Part shown: positions 39,738 to 49,252 of the stretch, one piece after another
How positions within the stretch are numbered: position 1 is the stretch's first letter
How the letters are laid out: every line of letters begins with the position of its first letter
Virus record (IMG/VR): IMGVR_UViG_3300042863_000830
Span: 3,711-67,710 of that record
Source: a virus
Reading direction: 5' to 3' (one strand)
Length of the DNA stretch: 64,000 bases
Made by a program: the position numbers and the translations under genes
Notes under the pieces: model-generated
Databases searched by the model: none
What the model saw: only the letters and a program-made list of their open reading frames with translations
Told to the model about the DNA's origin: nothing

Positions 39738-40256
39738 ATGCCAACGACAGCAGAGGTAATTGATATAGCAAGAGTAACTGTTGCAGTTGTTATAAAAGCA
39801 ATTGAACAAAATCAAGAAAATGATCTTGAATTGCCTAATAAAATTCGCATTGAAGCAAATGCATTAGAGTGGGTGAACACAACAGGATACACAGGAATAA
39901 ATTTAAATGGATTTACAGACTATGTGTATGGAATGTGCGGTGGGTATGCGTTTGAGGCTGAAGCATTGATGGGTGTTGCTGGTGTTGTTGTAAATCCTTC
40001 AAGTGGTGGCAACGGAAGATTCCCAGAACAATTTGGCAAATTTGCTAGTAGTGGTTCTGTTGTAATTTCATTTAGTCAAGCGTTAAATAAATCATTGTTG
40101 TATGCGAGTAGAGGTGGTATTGATGTTGGAGAAATTATAACATCAGGTGTTCCGGTTTTAAATCAAGTTAAATGGGATAGTGCAACTGCAACTTTAACGG
40201 TGGCTTCAGCCGTTCCGTTTGTTACAGGAGAATATGTTAAAATATTAGTGTACTAA
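39738..40256 (+). CDS. putative tail-associated protein
   Basis: abuts the previous ORF and precedes the fibre genes; beta-rich C-terminus. Confidence 0.5.
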   Translation: MPTTAEVIDIARVTVAVVIKAIEQNQENDLELPNKIRIEANALEWVNTTGYTGINLNGFTDYVYGMCGGYAFEAEALMGVAGVVVNPSSGGNGRFPEQFGKFASSGSVVISFSQALNKSLLYASRGGIDVGEIITSGVPVLNQVKWDSATATLTVASAVPFVTGEYVKILVY

Positions 40257-40275
40257 AACACATAAAAATAATCAG

Positions 40276-43200
40276 ATGGCAATACAAGGTCTTTTTACGG
40301 GTGAAGTAAAAATAAGAGAATTAAATGGTGTGTTAATTGCCGCCAATGGTGTTGTAGATTCTGTTGGTAATATTACTTCAGGAACAGCCGGTACTTCTGG
40401 TTCATCTGGCACTGCTGGTACTTCCGGCTCTGCTGGTACTTCTGGTTTTGCAGGTACGGCAGGTAGACTTGTAAATAATTTTGTAGCAACAGCAGGACAA
40501 ACTACTTTTTATATTCCTAGCGGATATGATAATGGGATGGTGGATGTTTTTGTTAATGGAGTAAAATTATTCCCAAGCGATTTTACAGCCACAGATGGAT
40601 TTAATGTAATACTTAATAATCCTTTAAAAGTAGGCGATAATGTAGAGATAGATAATTTTGTATCTAGCTATGTTTCTTCTTCTGGTTCATCAGGGACGGC
40701 AGGCACCGCAGGAACTTCTGGAACAACTGGTACTTCAGGTATTGGTGGGGATAAGTATTATACAATATCTGTATCTATTTTTACATTAGGAACTGGTGGA
40801 TATCTTATGGTTTCTCCCGGCTTATCATACTCTCCTGCTCAATCAATTATTGTAGTACATGATAATACTCACTTTCAAGAATGTGAGGTAGTTTCTTATA
40901 ATGTTGTTACAGGAGAATTAGTATTTGGTGATCCTAATAGAGTTGTAGGCGGTGGAACATTCTCTAATTGGGTAGTGAACTTAGATGGAGCTTCTGGTGG
41001 TGATGGTTCTTCTGGTACAAGTGGAAGCTCTGGTTCAAGTGGTAGCTCTGCTACAAGTGGTACTAGCGGTACTACTGGTACTTCTGGTAGTTCAGGAAGC
41101 TCAGGTTCAAGTGGCTCTAGCGGTTCATCTGGCTCAAGTGGTTCAAGCGGTTCTAGTGGTACTTCCGGCTCCTCCGGAACATCTGCAACAAGTGGAAGCA
41201 GTGGTTCAAGCGGTTCGTCAGGTACTTCAGGTATAAATGGTACTTCAGGCACAACAGGTACTAGTGGTTCATCAGGTACAAGCGCAACTAGCGGTACAAC
41301 TGGAACTAGTGGCACTTCGGGTACAACAGGTACATCAGGTCTTTCAGGAGATAGATATAGAACAACATCTACTACAACATTTACTTTAGGCAATGCAGGT
41401 ACTATAACAATAGGAACACTATTGGGATATAGCCCTGCTCAATCAATAATTATAGTTTATGATGCTTCAAACTTTCAAGAGTGCGAGGTAGTATCATATG
41501 ATGCAAATACAGGTTCTTTAACATTTTTAGCCCCTACTAGAACAGTGGGTAGTGGTACTTATAGCGCATGGACAGTGAACTTGGATGGCGCGAGTGGTGG
41601 CGATGGTTCAAGCGGTACTTCTGGTACTTCTGCAACAGCAGGTACATCAGGTACTTCTGCAACGGCAGGCACCTCTGGTTCAAGCGGTACAAGTGGTACA
41701 ACAGGCACAAGTGGAACAACGGGTACTTCAGGAACAGCAGGAACAAGCGGAGTAAGCGGCATTTCAGCAGGACAGACTTATTATTTTAACCAAAGTGCAT
41801 CTTCTGATGTATCTCCTTATAAGGTATTAGCTACCGAACCTTCAACAGCAGCACAGCAAACTGTAACTGTTTCTGGGGTAAGTTCAGGATCAACTGCTTT
41901 AGTTAGTTCATTTCTAACTCCAGAATTAGGATTTACCATTATACCGGGCGGAGTACAAAGATTTCATTTACATTTTCTAAAACAAGCAAATGGTAACGCT
42001 TTTGAAGCATATGTAACAATAGAATTAGCAAACTCTGCGGGCGTTGGTTATGGTACAATAATACCTACAAATGCTTCAGAAGTAGACTTTTTAGATGCTT
42101 CAACACCGGTTGAGGTACTTACAGACTTAGTGCTTCCAACAACTGCGATTCTTGATACAGATCGCATTATTGTAAAGATTTACGTTACAAATTTTGGATC
42201 AGGAACTCACAATATAAATTGGTATACCGAAGGATCAACAAACTATTCTTATGTAATAACTTCAGTAGGTCAAATAGCAGGCACTTCTGGTTCATCAGGT
42301 ACTAGCGGATCAAGTGGAACATCTGGCGCAACCGGTTCATCAGGGGAAACTGGTACTTCCGGTTCTTCTGGAACAAGTGCAACTAGCGGTAGCTCTGGTA
42401 CATCTGGCGGCACTGGTTCGTCAGGCGAAACTGGTACGTCAGGTACTAGCGGTCTTTCAGGTACATCAGGGGCGCAAGGTACTTCTGGTTCATCAGGCAC
42501 TTCGGGTAACGCAACCACTTCTGCAAGAGCAGTTCAAGTATTTACTGCAACAGCAAGTCAAACAACTTTCACTGTAACCAATGGTTATAGCGTAGGAATG
42601 GTAGATGTGTTTGTAAATGGAGTTAAATTGGTTAATGGCGTGGATTATACGGCAACCAATGGTACTACTGTGGTATTAACAGATGCTTTAACAGTTGGTC
42701 AGATTGTTGAAATTGATAACTATTTGACTGCATTTTTACCAACCAATGCACTTAGAACAATAACTACATTTACTGCGACTGCTGGTCAGACCACATTTGC
42801 AGTTACATATACTCAAGGGTTAATAGATGTATTTTATAATGGTTCTAATTTAGCTCAATCAGAATATACTGCGACCAATGGTACAAGTATAATATTAGCT
42901 ACTGCTTGTCAAGTAAATGATATAGTAGTAGTATATGCTTATTCTTATGCAGTAGGAGCTTATAGTGGTATTGCTGGTAGTGGTACAATTAATACCATAC
43001 CAAAGTTCACCGCATCCGCATCAATAGGAGATAGTGCAATTACAGATGATGGAACAACTGTTACTTTAGTATCTAGAGCTTTAGCTGGTACAAGTGCTAC
43101 GTTTAATAGTAATCAAGCATTAACTGTTGTTGGCACAAATTCAACATCTGCAAATAATACTATAACTGGATATTCTGCTGATTTATATGCAGTTGCAGTT

Positions 43201-44289
43201 AGACAAAAAGGTGCATCTGCTGGTATAAGTGGAACTAATTTTATGGCACAAATAATAAGTGCAACGGGTGCTGAAGGATTAGAAATATATACCCCAAATT
43301 CAAAAGAATTAATTTTAGGCACAAATGCTACTGCAAGACTTACAATAGGCACTACTGGTGCTGCTACATTCTCAAGTAGTGTAAGAGTTAATAATGCAAA
43401 TGACATAGCAAGATTAAGTGTATTTGGAACTTCTGGTAATCCATCAATGACTGCTGATACAAATAACTTATTTTCAATTACGGGTAATTTAGGGCCACAA
43501 TTAAATATCGGTGGTTATAATGGTGCATCTTATGGTATGTGGTTACAAGTTAAAGATGCTAATAATAGTAATATTAATTACCCTATTTTATTACAACCAT
43601 TAGGAGGATCAGTTGCAATTGGAACTGCAAGTCCAAGTGCTTTATTACATTTAGCGGTTGCAAATGCAGCAGTAGATGGAACGAAAGGTGTAAAAATAAC
43701 AAATCCTGCTGGTACAACAGTGATGCTTGAGTGTGGAGTTAGTAGTGATTCTTTTGTAGGAACAACAAGTGCAAGTGATTTTAGTATAAGAACAGGCAAT
43801 TCAGAAAGAATGAGAATCACATCGGGGGGTAGTGTATTAATGGGAATTGGAACAAATTCTGCAAGTGCAAGATTAGCACTTGATGCAATTGGTATGGCAG
43901 TTTATGATGGTGGTAATTATAGACAATGCTATATGAATGGTAGCACAATGGCATGGTGGAATGGTAGTAATCAAGGAACTTTATCAAGTGCAGGGGTATG
44001 GACTGATGCATCAGATATTTCTATTAAAAAAGATGTTAAGGATATTGAATATGGCTTAGATGCAGTATTAAAGTTAAAGCCAAGAAGTTATAAAATGAAA
44101 GAAGATAATTTAGAACAAGTTGGTTTTATAGCACAGGAAGTTGAAGAAGTAATTAAAGAATTAGTATCAACAGACAATAGAGGTATGAAGGGATTATCTT
44201 ATGGACAATTAACTGCAGTTTTAGTAAAAGCAATACAAGAGTTAAAAGCAGAAATAGACGAACTTCATAAAATTGTAGCTACAAAATAA
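40276..44289 (+). CDS. tail fibre with Gly-(S/T)-S repeats and C-terminal S74 chaperone
   Basis: (GTS/GSS)n tracts; three FxATAxQTTF..DVFxNG domains; SDISIKKD...GFIAQE...LVKAIQE. Confidence 0.85.
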   Translation: MAIQGLFTGEVKIRELNGVLIAANGVVDSVGNITSGTAGTSGSSGTAGTSGSAGTSGFAGTAGRLVNNFVATAGQTTFYIPSGYDNGMVDVFVNGVKLFPSDFTATDGFNVILNNPLKVGDNVEIDNFVSSYVSSSGSSGTAGTAGTSGTTGTSGIGGDKYYTISVSIFTLGTGGYLMVSPGLSYSPAQSIIVVHDNTHFQECEVVSYNVVTGELVFGDPNRVVGGGTFSNWVVNLDGASGGDGSSGTSGSSGSSGSSATSGTSGTTGTSGSSGSSGSSGSSGSSGSSGSSGSSGTSGSSGTSATSGSSGSSGSSGTSGINGTSGTTGTSGSSGTSATSGTTGTSGTSGTTGTSGLSGDRYRTTSTTTFTLGNAGTITIGTLLGYSPAQSIIIVYDASNFQECEVVSYDANTGSLTFLAPTRTVGSGTYSAWTVNLDGASGGDGSSGTSGTSATAGTSGTSATAGTSGSSGTSGTTGTSGTTGTSGTAGTSGVSGISAGQTYYFNQSASSDVSPYKVLATEPSTAAQQTVTVSGVSSGSTALVSSFLTPELGFTIIPGGVQRFHLHFLKQANGNAFEAYVTIELANSAGVGYGTIIPTNASEVDFLDASTPVEVLTDLVLPTTAILDTDRIIVKIYVTNFGSGTHNINWYTEGSTNYSYVITSVGQIAGTSGSSGTSGSSGTSGATGSSGETGTSGSSGTSATSGSSGTSGGTGSSGETGTSGTSGLSGTSGAQGTSGSSGTSGNATTSARAVQVFTATASQTTFTVTNGYSVGMVDVFVNGVKLVNGVDYTATNGTTVVLTDALTVGQIVEIDNYLTAFLPTNALRTITTFTATAGQTTFAVTYTQGLIDVFYNGSNLAQSEYTATNGTSIILATACQVNDIVVVYAYSYAVGAYSGIAGSGTINTIPKFTASASIGDSAITDDGTTVTLVSRALAGTSATFNSNQALTVVGTNSTSANNTITGYSADLYAVAVRQKGASAGISGTNFMAQIISATGAEGLEIYTPNSKELILGTNATARLTIGTTGAATFSSSVRVNNANDIARLSVFGTSGNPSMTADTNNLFSITGNLGPQLNIGGYNGASYGMWLQVKDANNSNINYPILLQPLGGSVAIGTASPSALLHLAVANAAVDGTKGVKITNPAGTTVMLECGVSSDSFVGTTSASDFSIRTGNSERMRITSGGSVLMGIGTNSASARLALDAIGMAVYDGGNYRQCYMNGSTMAWWNGSNQGTLSSAGVWTDASDISIKKDVKDIEYGLDAVLKLKPRSYKMKEDNLEQVGFIAQEVEEVIKELVSTDNRGMKGLSYGQLTAVLVKAIQELKAEIDELHKIVATK

Positions 44290-45032
44290 TGCCATACGTT
44301 TATAGACATATCAGATTAGACAAAAACGAACCGTTTTACATAGGTATTGGTAGTGCTAAAAATTACTATAGGGCTTATGGAAAAGATAATAGAAACAAAC
44401 ATTGGCATAATATTGTAAAAAATACGAATTACGAAGTTGATATTTTGTTTGATAATCTTGATGATGACAGCGCAAGGGCAAAAGAAATAGAATTTATTAA
44501 ATTGTATGGTAGAGTTGATTTAGGAACAGGATGTTTGGTTAATTTAACAGATGGCGGAGATGGCTGTTTGAATAAAATTATAACTAAAGAAGTAGCAAAA
44601 AAGATGTCAGATTCTCATAAAGGTAAAAAACATACTGAAGAATGTAAAAAAAGGCTATCAGAATATCACAAAAAAAGATTGCAAGACCCAGAAATGCTTA
44701 AAAAGCATAAAGAATCAAGAATTGGCATAAAGCATAAAAATCCAATGTCTTTGGAACATAGGATTAAAATATCTGAAAATAACAAAAATCGTGTTATTAC
44801 TGATGAAACAAAGAATAGGATGTCTAAATGTAAAAAAACCATTATTTTACAATACGATTTAAACGGTAACTTTATCAAAGAATGGGAAGGAATAATTGAT
44901 GCTGTTAAGCAATATGGGACATCAACAAATATTACAAAGTGTTGTCAAGGTAAATTAAAAGAAGTATGTGGGTATATTTGGAAGTATAAACATCCAGAAA
45001 AGGTAGTTAAAAGAAAAAAACGTAACGAATAA
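44289..45032 (+). CDS. free-standing GIY-YIG-like homing endonuclease with NUMOD3/NUMOD1 repeats
   Basis: YVYRH...FYIGIG...R..E...NLTDGG; HTEECKKRLS; ILQYDLNGNFIKEW; GYIWKY. Confidence 0.85.
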   Translation: MPYVYRHIRLDKNEPFYIGIGSAKNYYRAYGKDNRNKHWHNIVKNTNYEVDILFDNLDDDSARAKEIEFIKLYGRVDLGTGCLVNLTDGGDGCLNKIITKEVAKKMSDSHKGKKHTEECKKRLSEYHKKRLQDPEMLKKHKESRIGIKHKNPMSLEHRIKISENNKNRVITDETKNRMSKCKKTIILQYDLNGNFIKEWEGIIDAVKQYGTSTNITKCCQGKLKEVCGYIWKYKHPEKVVKRKKRNE

Positions 45033-45044
45033 AACAAAAGTAAA

Positions 45045-46562
45045 ATGCCATCATTAAATACAGGTAACGCAATTTTATCAAATGCAATAGCAGTAAATTC
45101 ATCTTATAATGTAGGTATAGGAGGAGCAGCTTCTGGTAGTTATAAATTACAAGTTACTGGAAATGTAAATGCAGATAATTTTATTATTCAACCAACTGGT
45201 TATGGTTTATTGGCCTCGTTATCAAGAGATTTAACTGGTTCAGGATTTGGTGTATTAAATTTAAGAAATGGTTCAAATGGGTTTATTCAACCAGCTGCCT
45301 TATCAGTAGATAGAACATATACATTACCAGATGCAAGTGGTACAATAGCCCTTACAAGTAACCTATCTGCTTACTTACCTTTAGCGGGTGGAACTTTGAC
45401 GGGTGGTGTAACTTTTGCGGGTGGTGTATATAATTTTATTGGTGCAAATAGATTTTTTGCTGCTGCAAGCGGCTCTATAAATTATTTATATACTGGCTCA
45501 ACAAATCTTACAATTCTTAACCAAGCAGATACTGCTACATTATTTACATTAGCCAATACTGGTGCTGCTAATTTTTCGGGTAATATAACGGCAAGTGGTG
45601 GTATTATAGTTTATGGAAGTAATAATTCAGGCTCACCGGCTGCATTAGGAACATCAACTGCAAAATTTCAGTTATTGAATGGTGGCGTTTATGGAATGGT
45701 GGCAGACGTTTTAACAAATGGTAATACATATTTACAAAGCCAAAGAACAGATGGAAATACGGCTGCTTATAATTTATTATTACAACCATTAGGTGGTAAC
45801 GTTGGAATTGGAACGAGTAGTCCAAGTCAAAAGTTGCACGTTTTAGGTGGCGCAGCAAATACTCAAACATTAGTTTTAGAATCTTCAATTGCAAATGCAA
45901 ATGCTTATGCTGTTTTTAAAAGTACTGCTAAATCATATATTACTGGATTATCTTTTGACTTTTCAAATAGTTATATAATATATGATGAAACTGCTGCTGC
46001 TGCAAGAATGGTAATCACATCGGGGGGTATGGTTGGGATAGGCTCAACTGGTTATTCTAATTTTAGGCTACAAATAACTGCAGCAACATCGGATAGTACA
46101 GCTTTTGCATTAGGGATAGCAAACTCAAATGTTCAAGATTTGTTTTATGTAAGAAATGATGGATTAACAAGTACAGGAACAAGACCAAATTCACCTTATA
46201 ACAATACAACAGGAGCAGGGGCAAATGCAATATTTGCTAATGACGGAACTTTACAAAGGTCAACTTCATCAATAAAATATAAAACCGATGTAAGAAATTA
46301 TGATAAAGGCTTAGAGAAGGTAATGCAATTAAGACCTGTTTATTATAAAGGCAAAAATGATGGAGATACACAATATGCAGGTTTAATAGCAGAGGAAATA
46401 AATGATTTAGGCTTGGTTGAATTTGTACAATATGCAGAAGATAAAACTCCAGATGCCATTTATTATGCAAATATGGTATCTTTATTAGTTAAAGCAATCC
46501 AAGAACTAAACCAAAAAGTAAACGAACAACAACAAACAATAAACTCACTTATTAATAGATAA
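45045..46562 (+). CDS. tail fibre with S74 chaperone
   Basis: NVGIG repeats; SSIKYKTD...GLIAEE...LVKAIQE. Confidence 0.85.
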   Translation: MPSLNTGNAILSNAIAVNSSYNVGIGGAASGSYKLQVTGNVNADNFIIQPTGYGLLASLSRDLTGSGFGVLNLRNGSNGFIQPAALSVDRTYTLPDASGTIALTSNLSAYLPLAGGTLTGGVTFAGGVYNFIGANRFFAAASGSINYLYTGSTNLTILNQADTATLFTLANTGAANFSGNITASGGIIVYGSNNSGSPAALGTSTAKFQLLNGGVYGMVADVLTNGNTYLQSQRTDGNTAAYNLLLQPLGGNVGIGTSSPSQKLHVLGGAANTQTLVLESSIANANAYAVFKSTAKSYITGLSFDFSNSYIIYDETAAAARMVITSGGMVGIGSTGYSNFRLQITAATSDSTAFALGIANSNVQDLFYVRNDGLTSTGTRPNSPYNNTTGAGANAIFANDGTLQRSTSSIKYKTDVRNYDKGLEKVMQLRPVYYKGKNDGDTQYAGLIAEEINDLGLVEFVQYAEDKTPDAIYYANMVSLLVKAIQELNQKVNEQQQTINSLINR

Positions 46563-46567
46563 AGATC

Positions 46568-47974
46568 ATGGGCAAAACAAGGGATACCGGTTTTTTAAAT
46601 AATTGCGTCTTTACAGACTCCTCTAATAATGTGGGTATAGGTGCAGCAGCCAATGCCTCATTTAAACTACAAGTAACAGGAGCTACTAACCTTACTGGTG
46701 CTTTAAGTGGTACAAGTGCTACGTTTAGTGGTCTTACGCAAGATGCAGTACAGACAGTTATAAGAATGTCTGGTAGAAATGCATCTAATCAAATTAAAGC
46801 GTTAGATTTTAAATTAACTGCTGGTACTCCTTTATGGACAATTTCAACTGCTGCAGAAGGAACAGATGCAGGATTAAATATTATGCCTAATGGAACATCT
46901 GGCTTAGCATTAGCTTATACCGGTGCTGCTACATTTACACAAACAGGAGGTTCTTTTTTAATAGATACCAATGGACAAGTTATTTCTAAACAAGCATTAG
47001 ACGTTGCAACGGCAGGTGGAAGATTTACGGGTCAAAGCAATAGAGGTTCTTTAGGTGCTATTCATATTGAGCAAACAACAACAGGAGCAGATGGAGGTTA
47101 TATTGATTTTAGAACATCAAATAGTGGCTCAACTACTCCTACTGCTAAAATGCGTCTTGACGCTTCAGGTAACGTTGGAATCGGAACGAGTAGCCCTGCA
47201 GGTAAATTAGATGTTTATATTGGTGCATATCAAAATTTAATATTTAAAGCTGAATCTACATATCAATCAAGTTTAAGATTTAATGAATCAACTAATGGTC
47301 CAAGATTATATAGTGATGCTCAAACTGAAGAGTTTAGAATGCAACAATCATTTACTAGTACTGGATTTTTAAGTTTTTATACTGGACCTACCGAACGAAT
47401 GAGAATCACATCGGGGGGTTTTATTAAGGCAAGTAATAACGGTAGTTATATTGGAGTAAATGGTGCGTATCACGAATTTAGAAATACAAATACAAGCGCT
47501 ACTGATAATGTTGCAATAATCACTGTATTAGGAAGTACAAGTAATAATGCATCTAATTATCATTACATAGCAGTCACAGATGGGTCAGACAGAATGTTTG
47601 TTTATGGTAATGGAAATATAGTAAACACTAATGGTTCTTATGGTACACTTGCATCTGATAGAAGATTAAAAGAAAACATCGTATCTGCTACACCTAAACT
47701 TTATGACATAATGAGGTTGAATGTGGTAAATTTTAATTTGATAGGTAATGAGGACAAGCACATAGGATTTATAGCACAAGAAATGCAGGAGGTATTCCCA
47801 TCTTTTGTATATCAAAATGACACAAGAAAATATGATGATGACGGAAACTTAATAAGTGGGTATGAAGATTCATTAGGTTTAAAGGTTGGAATGGAGTTTG
47901 CTATTTTGACAAAGTGTATTCAAGAGCAACAAGCACAAATAGAAGAATTAAAAGCAATGATTGCAGCTAAATAA
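46568..47974 (+). CDS. tail fibre with S74 chaperone
   Basis: NVGIG and ERMRITSGG repeats; SDRRLKENI...GFIAQE. Confidence 0.85.
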   Translation: MGKTRDTGFLNNCVFTDSSNNVGIGAAANASFKLQVTGATNLTGALSGTSATFSGLTQDAVQTVIRMSGRNASNQIKALDFKLTAGTPLWTISTAAEGTDAGLNIMPNGTSGLALAYTGAATFTQTGGSFLIDTNGQVISKQALDVATAGGRFTGQSNRGSLGAIHIEQTTTGADGGYIDFRTSNSGSTTPTAKMRLDASGNVGIGTSSPAGKLDVYIGAYQNLIFKAESTYQSSLRFNESTNGPRLYSDAQTEEFRMQQSFTSTGFLSFYTGPTERMRITSGGFIKASNNGSYIGVNGAYHEFRNTNTSATDNVAIITVLGSTSNNASNYHYIAVTDGSDRMFVYGNGNIVNTNGSYGTLASDRRLKENIVSATPKLYDIMRLNVVNFNLIGNEDKHIGFIAQEMQEVFPSFVYQNDTRKYDDDGNLISGYEDSLGLKVGMEFAILTKCIQEQQAQIEELKAMIAAK

Positions 47975-47989
47975 TGTTAAATTTGTAGT

Positions 47990-48679
47990 ATGGCTTACAT
48001 TTATAGACATATAAGAATTGATACAAATATGCCTTTTTATATTGGCATAAGCAATACTAATGATGAATATAAGAGAGCATATTCTACATACGATAGAAGT
48101 ACTCAATGGAAAAGGATTACAAACAAGACTGAATTTGAAGTTGAAATTCTAATTCAAGAATTGACTTGGGAGGAAGCACAAGCCAAAGAAAGAGAGTTTA
48201 TATCATTATATGGCAGAAGGGACTTGAAAACAGGTACGCTTTGTAATTTAACTAATGGAGGCGAAGGATTTGATGGTTATAAATTATCAGATGCTGCAAG
48301 ACAAAAAATGAGTAATTCTCAAAAGGGTAATACAAATTGGAAGAATAGAGTTGTTACTGAGGAAATGAAAAGAAAAATATCTTTAGCCAATACTGGTAAG
48401 AAAAGGACTGAAGAACAAAAAATGTATAAAAGGTTAAAATATTCTGGTGTTAATAGTGCTAATTATGGTCAGAAATATAGCGAAGAAAGAAAAAAGAAAA
48501 TGTCTGAATCAAAGATTAAACGAGCAATTTTACAATTTGATTTAGATGGGAACTTTATAAAAGAGTGGTCTTCTAAGAAAGAAGCTGCTAAAAATGGATA
48601 TAATGAAAGCAATATATGGAAATGTTGCAATGGCTTAGGTAAAACACATAGAAAATGTATTTGGAAATATAAAATTTAA
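47990..48679 (+). CDS. second GIY-YIG-like homing endonuclease (NUMOD3/NUMOD1)
   Basis: YIYRH...FYIGI...NLTNGG; SEERKKKMS; LQFDLDGNFIKEW; own TAAATTTG element at 47978-47985. Confidence 0.85.
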   Translation: MAYIYRHIRIDTNMPFYIGISNTNDEYKRAYSTYDRSTQWKRITNKTEFEVEILIQELTWEEAQAKEREFISLYGRRDLKTGTLCNLTNGGEGFDGYKLSDAARQKMSNSQKGNTNWKNRVVTEEMKRKISLANTGKKRTEEQKMYKRLKYSGVNSANYGQKYSEERKKKMSESKIKRAILQFDLDGNFIKEWSSKKEAAKNGYNESNIWKCCNGLGKTHRKCIWKYKI

Positions 48680-48685
48680 AATAGT

Positions 48686-49012
48686 ATGAAGTATTTTTTT
48701 ATCAATCAATTAGACTGCGTTCCACAAGACGGAAATTTAACTGACTTTGTTGTGGTTGCACATTGGTCAAGAATCGCAAATGAAGTAGTAAATGATAAAG
48801 AATACACCGCAAGTGTATATAGTACTCAATCCTTCTCAAAGGATGATGTTACAAACTTTATCCCTTATGAGGACTTAACTTATGAAATCGTTTGTGGTTG
48901 GCTTGATGCTTCAATAGATGTTGCAGCTTTAGACCTTAATTTAGATGCTCAAATAGAGAATCAAGTTAACCCTCCTATTGTGGTACTTCCGCTACCTTTT
49001 TCTAACCCATAG
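48686..49012 (+). CDS. tail fibre-associated small protein
   Basis: FIPYEDLT..VCGW...NP..LP pattern usual downstream of phage fibre genes. Confidence 0.6.
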   Translation: MKYFFINQLDCVPQDGNLTDFVVVAHWSRIANEVVNDKEYTASVYSTQSFSKDDVTNFIPYEDLTYEIVCGWLDASIDVAALDLNLDAQIENQVNPPIVVLPLPFSNP

Positions 49013-49062
49013 GAAATTTCAAGTATTTAACTATATTTGTATATAAAATAAAAACTAAAAAA

Positions 49063-49242
49063 ATGAACCAAGAAACAAAACAACTACCGGTACCATCATT
49101 GAACGCTGAACAAGTTCAAGTATTAATGAATTATGCTAATGAGCAATTGCCAACAAAATATGGCAAAGAGATACTAGGATTTATTGAAAAAATAGCTATT
49201 GAATTAGAAAAAGCAAAAGAAGTTCCTGTTGAAACAGAATAA
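49063..49242 (+). CDS. small hypothetical protein (59 aa)
   Basis: read by hand, MNQETKQLP...; A-rich leader; TATATTTG at 49032-49039. Confidence 0.6.
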   Translation: MNQETKQLPVPSLNAEQVQVLMNYANEQLPTKYGKEILGFIEKIAIELEKAKEVPVETE

Positions 49243-49252
49243 AAAATAGAAA

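Noticed and set aside
43086-47419. Classical shufflon or invertible fibre cassette
   Set aside because: Shared motifs are all direct, each fibre gene is complete, and no recombinase is visible
44289-48679. Group I introns hosting the endonucleases
   Set aside because: Flanking genes are intact and intergenic gaps are 15 nt or less, leaving no room for an intron core
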